NCBI GenBank assembly: GCA_010093605.1
Contig: MU004194.1
Span: 316,156 to 380,155 of the forward strand
Source of the DNA: Lophium mytilinum
Lineage: Eukaryota
DNA length: 64,000 nt
Direction of reading: 5' to 3'
The stretch's first letter is position 1; each line of letters opens with the position of its first letter. Shown piece after piece: positions 48,008 to 61,432 of the stretch. Under the pieces are notes generated by a model that made no database searches, was not told the origin of the DNA, and saw only the letters and a list, made by a program, of their open reading frames with translations. The position numbers and the translations under genes were made by a program.

Positions 48008-51000
48008 ATGGCATATCTACAGAACTCTGGAAGAATACCATTGGACAGCTTCTATCCAGCCGATTGGCGACCTCAAGCTCGGCCGGGTCTCCTGCCAGAG
48101 ACCCCCAGCGCTTTGTTGCCATCCCAACTTGGGCCAACTGCCGTGACAGAAGACCTTTCTATCCCCCGTCTCACGGCTGTTGCAGCATGGATCCGCGATC
48201 ACCTTGACCCTCGGGTCGCCCGTGAAGGCGCCGAGATCTTGGATTCAGAAGACGTCTTGATCCTACACGACATCTTCATCGCGCTACAGTACACTGAGCT
48301 GAGTGCCAATACTCTTCGCGCAACGAGAATCCACAAAGCAGTCCTAGAGATCTCAGGAAAGGCAACGCGTTGGCCGGGTCGGCTGGCAGACGAGTGCGAC
48401 AAGATTATCGCGCTTTGGAGACGTAGGTTTGGCCCATTGGAGGGGTTGAGGCCATTTCTTTATGGGAGAGGGGGGAGACTACATGGCATTACCAGTGTGA
48501 CTGACATATCGAGGGCTGTGAGTGTCGGCTCCCAGTCAATTGAATGCCCAACCTTTCGCTGATATCCGAATTAGGCTGTATTGAAACGATGGACGGAAAC
48601 TGTGCCAGACCTTGTCTCGCCTAGAAACTCCAGAAAAGTAGGAGATTTAGGCTTCCAAGCAGGCGAGTAAGCTTGACTCTGTTTCTAGCACATATGGTTT
48701 TGCAAAGACTGACGCACGTCAGTTGGTGGCTCAACTCTCTATTTGCATTCCGCGCTGGCATCATCGACTTTGAAACGACCGAGGGCGGCATTTGTTTCGA
48801 CTCCCAAGGAGCATATGCAGTCCTTCTTCGAGACTCTGATGAAGTTGATGGAAGCTCTCCCTCGGCGTTCACATATCGCTGCCGGAAGAACAATCCGGGC
48901 CGTTTCCGCCTGACGTCTGCAGACTACAAGAGTCGCTATCCAGTGAGGGTGCTACGCAGTCACAACCTCACAAGCCTATGGGCTCCTAGGGCTGGGGTTC
49001 GATATGAAGGCCTGTAAGTGACCCTACTCTTCTCCTCTGTCTAATCAGGTCATACTGAAAATTGTATAGTCACAAAATTTCAGGTTGGACGATCCGCGCC
49101 GCCACAGCTACTGAAGCTACGAGGACTAGTTTCACACGTGGTGAGCTCTTGTTCGAAGTCAAATTTGAACGCGTGGAAGAAGGGCAGAAGTCAATGGAAG
49201 AGGCCATGAAGTTCCCATCTGCTGCTGATATCGATGACTATGCGGAGTTCAAGCGGCTTCGCCGTCTTCTTCAACATCCGTCCCATGATGAGTCGGTAAT
49301 CGAAGATGTGAGCGTCAGATCGGATCTCGAAACGCCTACCGAGACGCCTCTCGGAATTACATCCATACCGGGGGGCCTGGGGCTCGCCAGTACGATTCCA
49401 CTGGTTCCCGCACGCGTTGTCCGTGCCGAGTCCATGATAAGTAGGAACAACACGCTGAGGGACGCTACTACACCTCAAGCTCCAAGTTATGGTCGGAGCG
49501 CCCCAGAAAGCGGGTCAGCACGCTCTATCATAGAGCACGGTCTCATAGGCGCTGATGAACCATTCCGCCGAAGGTCTCCTGTGCGCCTCATTACGTCGAA
49601 CTCGCTCCATCTAGCGTCGCCCAAAGCTATAAATACTGCATTGTTCACTCATCCTGGATTTCCTATTTCTCTCCCCGAGGACTTGATTTCACCTATGGAT
49701 ATTTCGAGCCCGAGCGGTGTGCAAACAGCGACCAATAGCCGTACGTCGTCGAATGCGATGTCGTCTTCGACCGCGGAACGCATGCAAGATGCGCATGATA
49801 CTTCTCAGACCGGCAGTCTAGCACCAAGACTTCTTTCACAGGCGGGTCGAATATCTCCAAGCGCTGTGCTCCGAAAACCAGACAGCCCGGCCAGGGCTTA
49901 CGTAGATTCTACTGGCCTGCCTCTGACAGAGGTAGCTCCGTGGGCTGATTTGGAGCCTCGTCTAGATCATGATCGATCTGGATTGCTTTTCGCCAAAGAA
50001 GTTCGAGGCACTTCACCATCGCATGAAGCCGAACCTGGGGTGGATTCGAACTGGCCAAGTAAGGATACGTTTGTATATCCACCAGCACGGCCACACAGCC
50101 CTCTGCAGGGCTTGCTTAGCCGCACAGCATCTGGAAACAGCAGAACTGGAACTCAACTTCAAGGTTCTACGCTCACCCATATGCAGCGCGAAGACCGACG
50201 GGCCCGGAGGAAGAAACAAGACAAGAGAACAGCAGATAAAGAAACGGAGAAAAGTGACGAGAGGCGGCAGCGAAGCCAGCCACGAATGAGCATGAATATG
50301 TTCAACCGGAAAGGAAACATGGCCCGACTTCTAGACGGTAGCACTGACTTCGAAAAGGATGTATCGCCTCTTCCCTTCGGATTCACTCCGATTCTTCGGA
50401 AATTGCCTCCGATCACAGATGAGGAATGGACTGCCGTACTTAACTCTGCGCCTAAAACGCCTCCCCGCCTCAATTTACAGCCAATGAAGCTCGAGGACGA
50501 TGTTATGTCGCCATGTGCGCTCCCGCCCGCTAAAATCTGCAGTAGGTCGCGCTCCTCCGAGCACGTCTTTGCTTCCGTTAGACCTGCTTCATCGTATCGC
50601 CTGGCGCCTCTAAAGGTGCAGAGTGACCACCAGATTTCCGACCTTGACGGAGCTGTAACCGACGAGGCGCCCATTGCTAGCCCGTTCGAATCCACCGGAA
50701 GTGCTGTCAGAGATGACGATGAGGGGCCTAGGCACTCCTCCGAGGTCATCGCAGCAGAGCAGAAGGTGAAGGTACTTGAAGCTTTCCTCGAATTTCAGGC
50801 AATCAAGAGCTGGTTCACGAACGCCTACACTGATGGCCCACACTCATCTGACAACCCGCCCATATCTCCCCCTCCCTCTGATGTTGGCCGGAAGCGTACA
50901 GTGCCCTCCTCGATAGCCCTAGGTCACGCTCTTAGACGCAGCGACCGCGAGTCGTCACATACTTCCCGTGCCTCAAGTGGGGACACGGCGCCTCTTAGTC

Positions 51001-51434
51001 TTCTAACGCATCCAAAGACTCAAGGCGAGAAGGCAAACAAGATGGAAAAAGACATGGCGGCGTTGAAGAAATGGCAACGGGAGCAGAGGGATAAGGCGTA
51101 TGAAGAGTCGGCCAGGACTGAAAAGCCGGCGAGGGGCATGATGAGGAACGACAGCCCTGATGGACAGGACATAGAGGGGAGGGTAATGTTCACCGACCCG
51201 TTCGAGGAGCCAGCGAGTTTGAGTGGCGCTGCGGATGTGGGTAAGACTCAGGAGATGGAGAGGGGGCTCATGGGTTTGGGAGATGGAGAGCGCATGAAGA
51301 GGATGTGGAAGACCCCGAGTGATGGTAGTACGACGTCGGCGGAGCAGCCTAAGAGGACATGGAAGAAGCCAAGTGTGGATATCACGCCAAGCGAGCAGAC
51401 TGATGGGGAAGGGTTGTTTGAGCCTGGAAATTGA
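48008..51434 (+). CDS. SRA/YDG-domain protein with a long disordered C-terminus; introns 48518-48574, 48667-48722, 49014-49069
   Basis: GFQAGDWW...GGI....GAYAVLL...FTY...PVRVLRS.....WAP.AGVRYEGL follows the SRA pattern. Confidence 0.75.
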
Positions 51435-51881
51435 GTGAGTATTACGGTGGTTATGATAGTAAGTATCGACCGAGGACGCGTCTCGAAGGGTTGCATGGGT
51501 CAATATTACACACCACTCAATTAGCATGATTAGAACATAGGAATCGAATAAGAAAAGTTATATGATTACCACTTCTTTACACCCATTTGCCATTGTCACG
51601 GGTGCTACAGCGGGTCGTCAGAGACGTGCAAGTGTCATATGGCTCGGGGCGCGAACTGGGCCAGTCTCTGTGCGATTCTATTGATGTGTCAGAGCCCTCT
51701 TGATGCCCTAAAACAGTAACACAAGCGACATAATAGAGCATGAATCAATATGGCAGCACTGCCGTATTCTTTCGACTTAGTTTGAATGCGTGTCGAGATC
51801 CTCACTTCCATACCACTGTTTGAGCCACCTCAAGCAACTAGCGGAAAGAAGATCGAAACCTAACATGTTCCAGACCCCGAA

Positions 51882-52977
51882 TCAGATCGGTGTATCTGAT
51901 ATCTTCAACACTGCGCGAAATCTTGGCTTCCCTGCCATCATGTCTTCCATTGCTTGGTTGACCTTCTCAAGAGGATACGACTCGACCATGCAGTCAACGC
52001 CGTGATTTTCGCAAAACTTCAAAGCTTCCTCAGAGTCGATACTGTGCCCACTAGGCCAGCCATGGATAGAGAGGCCCTTGAAGAGCATCGGTAAAGTATT
52101 GAAGGTGACCTCGCCAGCAGCTAGGACAACTCAAATCAGCATCGGCTCGACCCGCATAACTAGAGGACTCAGACTTACCGCCTAGAATCAGTAGCTTTCC
52201 CCCATGCATCAGACCCCCCAACAGTGGCGCAATAACACTTCCACTCGGCGCCGTCGTCAATATCAAGGCCGCACCTCCAAGTGCCTGCAACTCCACCACT
52301 CCCCCGCTCTCGCTCTTTTCTGTATCGATGTAATGGCTAGCACCCAGCTGCCTCGCAAACGCCTCCTTCTCCGGCCCTCGACTCAATACCACCACTTGGT
52401 GGCCCATCTTCGCAGCATATTGGATCGCTAGGTGACCAAGTCCCCCAATACCCTGCACGGCTACTAAACTCCCTGGCCCAATCTGCATCTTCCGCAGGCC
52501 GTTGAAAACCGTCACGCCCGCACAGAGCACCGGGCAGTACTTCACCGGATCGAGGGCCTCAGGGACATGCACGACGGCTTCGCGGCGCAGGAGAATGTAC
52601 TCCGCGAAGCCGCCGTCGCGCGAGACGCCGTTGATGATCTGAGTGGTGCACATTTGAAAGACGCCGTGTTTGCATTGGCGGCAGAAGCCGCAGTGGCCGC
52701 CGTGCCATGGAGCACCCACACGCTGGCCGACGGTAAAATGGTCCTCGTTTTCTGGGACTGCGGCGATGGCGCCGATGGTTTCGTGGCCGAGGACGAGGGG
52801 CAGGGGGGTGGGGATTTGACCGTGTTGGACTGCGTGGTCGCCGGCGCAGACGCCGGTGGCTATGACTTTGACGAGGATTTCACCGGGGGAGGGGAGTTTG
52901 AGGGGGAGGTCTTTCATTACGAAGGGAGAGCCGAAGGTTTCGAGGACGGCGGCGCGGTAGGTGGTGGGGAGGGACAT
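51882..52977 (-). CDS. Zinc-dependent (MDR) alcohol dehydrogenase; intron at 52121-52178
   Basis: GHE motif, structural Zn site CGFCRQCKHGVFQMC, CAGVTVFN, GIGGLG, and C-terminal GKPRFRAVL. Confidence 0.93.
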
Positions 52978-54352
52978 GGTGGGTGGTGGGCTGGGTGGGA
53001 GTGTTTAGATGTGTTCAGATATGTGAGTGATGGGAATGGAGCTGGTTCTCTAGAGAGCCAAAGAGAAGAACCAGGACAGAAATATATATACTATGAAGGC
53101 TTACATGAGATTCCGATATCTCCGAACGATGTATCTTGAGTCGCCTTTCCGGTCTCGGTAAACCGATGCCACCAGCGAAGCTGTTCATCAAGTCTCGTCC
53201 TAGATGCGGGACATAGAGACGTTCTCGAGATAATGTTCTCGAGATAATGTAAACACCTCTAATCCCATAGCTCACTAGTCCGGTGTGAGGCAGCATATCG
53301 CACGTTCATACCATCTTGAACGGATTTGTTGTACAGTGTCACATATCTCCCTTGCCAAGCCGTTACCGATTACTCAACTGTAGGTAGACGGCCTGGAAAG
53401 TTAGGATCCGTCCCTAAGATTGACGGACCTACTCTTCTCGTCCGGCGCAGTGTTTCGTGTACTAGGGATTGCATGGAGATAAGTTTACAGCAGTGATGGT
53501 TCCAGCGTTTTTTGTTGCTTAATGCCGGTAACCCCGCGCTAGACCGGCCAAAGGTGCTCTCTAGTAGGTACTCAATCCCCACTGAGATCATAGGAGGAAA
53601 GTTAACAAAGCTTAGTCCGTCGATGGTCCTGTCTGTTTGATGATCGGAATGCGGAGTGGATGCCATAAGATCACGTAAATGCAAGTGATTCGAGTGAAAG
53701 AGTACAAAGGCAGACAGTAAAGGACCATCTGGCAACGTTTCCAACCTCCCTTTTCTATGTTTCCTTCTATATTTCTTGTATATGATTGTGAGGAGAACAG
53801 TACTTTAGATTGTGTTCTAGGCCAGGAGTCATGCCTCGAGTCTTACTGGTGTTCGTCAACTGCTTCGTCTCCTAGGGCCCTCAGGACGAGTACCTTGAAG
53901 GCATATCCTCGTAAGGGGCCACAGTCTGAGGCAAGGGTTAGCAAGTCGATGGCCTTGCTTCGCAGTGGTAGATGACCCCGTCGGAGGTAGCCAGGTGACC
54001 TTACATATAGCCCGAACTAGCAGTATGATGGATATAGGTTTATTAAATTGCGTTGAATCGCTCTAGACAGCAGTAGAAAGTTGTGCAGAAAGTAATGTAC
54101 TGGTACTGTTCATTGCCTCCACCTGAACAAGTCATCTCGAAGGTCAATAGAGAGGAAGGCTGATGGTGCTGTGGTGATAGACAGAGTTGGTCCTCGGCAA
54201 CACATGCCTGCACTTTAGTGGCTGGGAACAACAAACCATCCGCCATCATCACATCGCCAGCCTTCTGACCTACCACCGCCCTCAACCTCTGTTCACGCCG
54301 CCCAGAATCACTCAGAGACGGCGGAGGAGTGAAGAATGTGAAGCTCGCCAAC

Positions 54353-55729
54353 ATGTCCTTCTCATACGACCGCTACGACCGCCGCCAGTCCTCGAGCCGC
54401 CGCACCACCTTCGGCTACTGGGTGCCCCTTGTGTTCACCGTCACCGTCGCAACCGCTGGAGTCGCCGCCTGGATCTGGAGCCAACGCGAGGAAGACGAGG
54501 ACGAATCGGACGATGCCGACCTTAGCTATGGCGAAGACGGAGACAGAGCGCACCCAATTCCTGGGCCAAGAGACGTGGCGGGCTCAGCGTCGCAGGGCGT
54601 CGCGCACGAAGAGGAGGGCTTTCTGGGACGCGTCCAGGGCGCGATCCGGCGCACACCGAGTCCACAGCAGGCGTTCGATCTAGTCAGCAAGAAGGCCGTC
54701 GCGGGCGTCGCGGCAGCGGGCGCAGCTGTGGGTGGGGTGTTGTCGTCGATTCGCGAGGAGGACAAAGACGCCTTCGACGAGTCTTCGCGATGGTCTGAGG
54801 AGCAGCTCATTCGGCGAAGCGTTGAGGCACAGTCTTCTCAAAGTGCGTCTGCTGTCGCGACGCATACCTCCTCTTTCGGCGCATCGGTACGCGGAGGACC
54901 TCAATCAACTGGCGTGCGGAGGAAAACCGTGGTTATTGTGGTATCTGCAGAAGCTACACTAGAGAACATGCATGAAGAGGAGGAGCAAGGCGCATATCAC
55001 ACTGAGCATGCCGTAAGCTCCCATTTTACCCCTTAGACTTGCTCGACTAACGACCTCCAGTCTATTCTCTCTCACATTCCCGAAATCGACGCTTCCAAGG
55101 CCCGTGTCTTCGTCCTCATCTATTCTCCCTCCCTGACCTCCCAACGCACTGGATCGTCCGGCTCCTATGCCGCTCCTCCGTCTCTTGGATCTTCGTACTC
55201 TGCCCTCTCTACCCCCGCCGTAACTCCCGGCGAGGAACTCACACAAATCGCACCTCACCCCGAATCGCCCTACACCCCCGCTCAGACCGCAACCACTCCC
55301 GCGCTCTCTGCCCGTGATTCCGACCATTCCCTCTGGAACAGCCTCCACGTTCAAGCGCTCCGCCTCGTCGAGAATCCAAGCATGGTCATGCCATTTACAA
55401 CTCCGACTGGACATGTACACATGCTGCGGCATTTGGCGCCCGACGTTGTCTACATAGTAGACGCTCTTAGTGGGGACAACGGCGCCAATGTTGAGCAGGT
55501 CAAGTCGTGGGTTGGGCAAGTCATTGTCGTCGTTGGTGCCGATGGCGCGGGCTTGGGAGGGCTGGTGGATACAGATGATGAGGGCACTGGTGGCGAGGGA
55601 AGGGCATACTCGCGGGGTCACAAATGGTGGGAAAGCGCTGAGATGGTTGGGCTTGGGAAGGGCGTTGAGGTTGTGGACGGTGCGCGGATTCGTGAAGACG
55701 TCGAAAAGAGAGTAGGAGATAGGGATTAG
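54353..55729 (+). CDS. Peroxin 22-like protein; intron at 55013-55060
   Basis: N-terminal membrane anchor GYWVPLVFTVTVATAGVAAWIW, IRRTPSPQQ, HAS|ILSHIP and MPFTTPTGHVHMLRHLAP. These match the fungal Pex22-like family as I recall it. Confidence 0.75.
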
Positions 55730-56313
55730 AAGATTGGACAAGTACCCTTTTGTGCGATTTACGCGTTGAACCTCGCAGGGCGTGGATCGGAAGTATGCTT
55801 TGGACGCGTTATGACGGATGGTTGGTTGGGAAAGCGATTGGCTACATGTAACTCAGTTGCGTATATATCTTGAATTAAATCCAGTACCAAACAGCCCCCG
55901 GAGCCATGGACGACACTCCAAAAGATAGATTTCCTCGGTTTAATCATCCTACAATATCGCGGGACCAACCAGACGATAGCTGTCTATTGTCGCCAGCTAT
56001 ACGCCCGTACATTTCCTTCTTGTTTCTCATGATACCTCCTTCACAACAATAACACGTCGTTTCTTCGTTATTGACAATAGTATTGTACACTCCACCTTCA
56101 CTTTCCACACATGCCAACGAATGCCCTCAAGAGATTCCTTTCCAGCACTTAAATGTGTTCTATTATTACTCCGTATTCACATGAACATCCCTTTCGTATC
56201 GCAGTCACTGACAGCTGTTGGATAGCAAGGTATTCCCCGCTTCTACGGCCAAACACGAGAAAGGAAACCGTTCAAGAAACAATCACGTAATACATAGCTT
56301 TGCGACTAAAGAG

Positions 56314-56511
56314 ATGGGCTGGATTTGCTGCGTCTGCCGCACGCGAAATTCTCGCAGAGAAGGCCCGCGGTGTAGCGAGTGTGAACATTATCCTTGCTGG
56401 GTGTGTGGTCACTTTAGGAGGGCGGTTCCTTCAGGAACAGGCTACCCAGCATCATCAGATGGAACTGAGCATACGGGGCATCGGCGCCATGAACCTAGTG
56501 GCCAGAGCTGA
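56314..56511 (+). CDS. Small (65 aa) putative zinc-binding protein
   Basis: MGWICCVC...CSECEHYPCWVC gives a W-x-CC-x-C / CxxC-x-H-xx-CxxC ligand pattern. Confidence 0.5.
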   Translation: MGWICCVCRTRNSRREGPRCSECEHYPCWVCGHFRRAVPSGTGYPASSDGTEHTGHRRHEPSGQS

Positions 56512-57189
56512 ATGCTCCGTCAAGTAGCTTCTCTGCGAGGAGTGAGCTGGGGTATAGGCTAGACATCTGTTTGAACGGCAAATGCTAGAAAGATCTGAAT
56601 CGTTTGCGTTCTACTTGGTAATGTTTGCTCCAAGTGATCGATTCTCTAGATCATGACAGCCCTGAATCCAGGGCGCGTTTATCCCCAATTGCAATCTCTC
56701 TTCAGTCTATAACTATACCTCCATAGGTAGCTTGTGTAGTTTCAACTGTGTGAGGACTGAATACCCTACTCTGCCCCATTCCTTGTGACACAAAGAACTC
56801 GTAACACTTATGGGCCTTGTGCAAGGGCTAGATGACAGATTTCCATGGCAATCGTCCTCAGCCCTATACTTGGAGTTTGTGGGGCGTCACGTGACACAGA
56901 GACGGCTAATCTGGGGAAGCGCTTCACCGATTTCCGATTTTAGCCTCATGCGCAACTTCAGTCCATCAACCCCAACGCCAAGTCCGTCCGCAACGTTCAC
57001 CGCTTCCTCTCGCAGACCTCCCGAGCACTGGATAACCCGTCGCCGCTCTCCGTAGAGTGTGTGACACGCCAGAACCCCGAACGCGCGCGGCGCTGCCGTG
57101 TTGCGCATACCCCTCTGCAAGCTACCTCGTCACACATCCATTCGCGAACCGCCGTCCTTACATCCTCCTGAACCACTTCTTCGCCCAGC

Positions 57190-60100
57190 ATGTCTAGCGT
57201 TATTACTGCTACGAGGCCGTCGCAGGCCTTGCGCCAGCGTCGCGAGTCCCAGCGACCGGCTCTCGCGCGGACCAACACTGCGAAGGCTAATGCCATGGAC
57301 CAAACGACTCTTGTGAAGGACGAGCCGAAGCCCTATGGTAATTTGACTCCGACTTCTAGCATGGCTTGTTGAGCTAATGTTTATATAGTTATCGACCAAC
57401 CCTACATTCTCCGGAAGTACAATGGCTGCCGCCCTTCCATGGTCATACACCTCTACAAGCAAAACTTCCGAATCAACGATTCCCAGGATCCCTTTTCATA
57501 TACTTCGCCCATGAAAGGGCTGTTGGAGCATGTGAGGAAGCAGACTGTTCCTCATGATATACTGGAGGAGTTATATCAGTATAACGTGCAGTTCTACGAC
57601 GGTATGTACCGTGCCCTCTTCTGGAAGGCTCCGTTCTGACAAGTATAACTGTAGGTTGCCTCATCATTGAAGTCCATGACCATTACTCAACTGCCGAGGT
57701 GGCCCGTCCTAGCAGCTCGACAGGTCCGTCTGGTGTCCAAGAGAAAGCCTTCTCTATCCACAACTACAACAGCTTCATTACCCCGTCACCCTTTGTTCCA
57801 TATCCCGAGAAGACTAAGCCGGCTCCTTCACGTCAAGATGGCCAGACTAAAGCTCATTTAGGGACTGGGACCGAAGCAGCCGCTGGTGAGGCTGAGATAG
57901 ACAAGGAGAATATGCCTGCACCTGGCCAGCCCGCAAGTGCAACTCAGAAACAGCCTACCAAGGGAACAGTGTCCACCATTGTCCTCTTCCCGACCCCATT
58001 GTCACACGATGCGGACATTCGAATGCTAGCCAACACTGCTTTGCCGGACATGCAGACGTATCGGCGGAATCAGTCGCTGGCATCCAGAGGTGGTGCAACT
58101 CCAACGATGGCCCACCCTCCGACTCCACTAACATCGGTACCCCCAACTCCCTTGCTGCCTAGCGGCCGAAGCCCTAAACGGCAAAAAATGGTCTTGGACG
58201 AGACTAATGTCCACGAGTTTGAGTCTGAACTCATCAATGCAACGGCGCCAAAGCTCTACCTTGGGCTTACAGCAAGTCTTGAAGAGTCGTGTGCCCTGAT
58301 CGACAAAATGACCCCCGCGCACTACAAATGCCCGCCGCCAGCACCCAAGGTTCGGAAGCGGACGACCGCGGAATTAGCCGCAGACGAAGCTGAGGCAGCT
58401 GACATGCAACGATTTATGCTGGCTGGTGACGAAAGGAAAGCCAGCACGTCTGGTACTGCAACTAACGCCGATGAGGGTCAATCTGGTATGCGTGGTGGAA
58501 ATTCTTTCGAGCCTAGATTCTCCAGATTCAAGACTTTGGAGTCTATCAAGATGCTGCAGGAAGACAAGCAGAGGCGCGCTAAAGAAGTGGAGGCCATGAA
58601 GGCTCAACAAAAAGCTCAGGAGCGAGTTGAAGCAGAAGCCCAAAAGAGGCAGGCTGAAGTCAACGCGCGACAGGAATCACAAAATCAGCAAAACCAAGCT
58701 ATCATGCAACAGCGCCGGGAACAGATGCTCCAGCAACAGCAGGAGCAGCAACAGGCGCAGCAAGCAAGGCTTTTGCAGCAGCAACAGCAGCAGGAAGCAC
58801 ACCGAGCTGCATCCCAAGCACAGCAGATGCCAAACGTTCAATCAGCACAGTTCAATCAAATGGCACATCAACAACCTCAACACTCTTCGCCCGTTGTTCG
58901 CCAGCAGACTCCACTTGCTTCTTCTCCTGCGATGAACGCGCATAATATGGCCTCTCACGCCATGGCAAGCGCACCGATGGCTCCAACCTCGTCAAGTCAT
59001 GGAGCCGGTAGTCCTCCTAGGCCAGCTTCCGCAATCTCGCACCACCCGCTGCCAATGGCGCGCAACATGAGCCAGCAGCACAGCGGCCAAGGCGTCAGTC
59101 GCAACGGCACTCCGCAGATGGTTCAAGGTACCCCCATTATGAACGCAGCAATGCCGGCACGGAACATGACTCCACAGCCTCGAGTACAAGGAAGCCCGAA
59201 TGCAGGCATGCAAGGCACTCCGACGATGATGCATACGCCTTCAGGTCAGGCCTACACTCCGGAACAGATGCAACTGCTGCAACGCCGCCAGCAGATGGCA
59301 CGCATGAACGCCCAGCAGCAGGCGCAGATGGCCGGAATGCAAGGTTCGCCGAACCCAAGTGCGGACATACAGCAGATGGCTCTGATGCGCGCTCAACAAC
59401 AAATTCAACAGCAAGGCGGCGTCCCCGCTGGCCAAGATCCACAAATGTACCGCCAAAATCTCGCGCAGCGTATGTTGATCCAACTCCAGGAACGCAACAG
59501 AGCTATGGCAGCCAGCTCGCCTCAGAACGGCGCGCAGATGCGTCCCACAGCGTCCCAACCTGGCGGCGTCCTCATCCCAGGTCTACCGCCCAACGTGACC
59601 TCGCTCGACTCGGCAACCCTTCGCCAAGAATACGCTCGCCGCAAACGCGGAATCCAGGAGCAGTACGGCCAGCAAGTCCCGCAAAACGTCGTCAGCCAGA
59701 TGCGCCAACTCGAAAGCATAATCCGAAACGCCGAGATGCGCGAAGGCCAGGCAGGTATCGGCGGTGTTGGCGGTGGGAATCCCGGTGGACAGCCTGGTAT
59801 GAATGCTCAGGCTATGCACGCCATGGGCATCAACGTCCCAGGGGGAGCAAATGCATCACAGCAACAGATGCAGCAGGCGATGATGCTGCGCCGCCAGCAG
59901 ATGCAGCAGCAACAGCATCTGATCCGCATGCAGAACGCGCAAAACGCCCAGCACACCCAGCAACTCGGACAGCAACAGGGCGGCGGGCAGATGAACATGG
60001 GCGGTATGGGTAACAACATGAACGCCATGATCAACGGCGGCAACATGAGCGGCGGCATGGGCGGTATGCAGGGCATGGGCCAGATGAACATGGGCCAGAT

Positions 60101-60272
60101 GGGCGGGATGCAGGGCATGCAGGGAATGGGAATGGGAGCAGCTGGCGGCGGTGGTATGTCGATGCAACAGATGCAGCAGATTCGCATGCAGCAGGCGATG
60201 GCACGACAGCAGCAACAACAGCAGAGGCCTCAGCAGCCTGGGCAGGATGGAGGCATGGAGTGGAATGGCTAG
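57190..60272 (+). CDS. SPT20: SAGA complex subunit Spt20; introns 57338-57388 and 57602-57654
   Basis: YILRKY...PSMVIHLY...F, VPHDILEEL...VQFYDG|CLIIEVHD, FSIHNYNSFITPSP, and a Q/M/G-rich tail. Confidence 0.88.
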
Positions 60273-61432
60273 CTGACCTCAGGACCGTCTTGAGCGAGTT
60301 TCGACGTTTCATCGGTGTTCAAAGCTACGAGTGGGGATGGTATTACGATTCGGATTATACCCCGGCGTTCTTCTTCTTTTCGGATTCGGGGGTTGCATGG
60401 TATGAGGCGGAGTGCTGGTTTGCATTGGGAGGCGTATCTAGTAGATCCACAGGAAAGGGGAACGGTTGCGGGCGGTTTTTATTACTAGGTGGCATACTCT
60501 GCTGCCACTGTCTCGATATCACTGGGTGGTAGATCCATCGGAGTTTAGGACATTACTGAGACTATATCGAATCCAAGTTTCTTCGTCACTCTATACCTTT
60601 TCCATCCATCATCTCAACACTGCATTTTATTTCTGATAGACAGCTGCAATGTTTTTGAACGCCTTCACCCCGCTCAAAATAACCCGAAGCCGACTCCAAA
60701 AGACGTTCAAGTCCCCAGACGAGAGATAAAGTGGCTTTTAGGAGTCTACGCGCCACTGCTTTGCCACTTCGAATGCCCCTATTGAGTCCTACAATCAAGA
60801 CAGGATGTAGAAACTGGCTATCAAAAGCTCCTGATTTGTCGGCTATCCAACATAGGTAACCTCTAACAGTGGTGTCTGGCTACCATTCGCACTCTAGTTT
60901 CAAGATATTTACGTCCGGGTGCCGAGAATTGCCGCTTTCGGACCGTCTAGGGCGATGGCGTGGGAAGCAGTGGCGCTCCTGGTCTCATACTTCTTAAGAT
61001 TAGAGAGGTTGGAGTGAATGTAAAGCTCCGTAGGCTGTGAACTGGACTGCTGTTGTGGTGGTGTCGTCTTGGACCCTGATCTTCATGGAGCTGTAGTTGA
61101 TGCCGGCGCCTGCGGCTTGTTCTTGTTAGCATCGTCCATGTGTCCTAGAGATGAAAGGATTCCGGCTTTGGCTCCACATCCTCCCTTTCGTATACTTGAG
61201 GTTGAGGTCCTCCTTTAGTCGTGTGTTTCCGCTTCTTTGCAACTGTGTGTGGTCTTCCAATGCATTGCCTGAAGCACGCGCTTGGTGTAAAGTTCTCGAC
61301 TCTTCGAGTAAAGCTGCCGTTTCTGCATATTCACAAGCTCTTCGAGGCCCTCTAAGGATTATAGTCCAGATCGTTTAATACCGAAGTCTCGGGTAGGTAT
61401 AGTTCTCTTCAGACGCGAGTCAGACCCAAGCT

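Noticed and set aside
58560..60260. CAG/ATG-rich repeats in SPT20
   Set aside because: Ordinary Q/M/G low-complexity tail of a transcription cofactor.
60947..61432. Apparent in-frame continuation of the HeLo-like gene past its stop codon
   Set aside because: About five stops in ~160 codons is near random expectation, and there is no recognisable motif.
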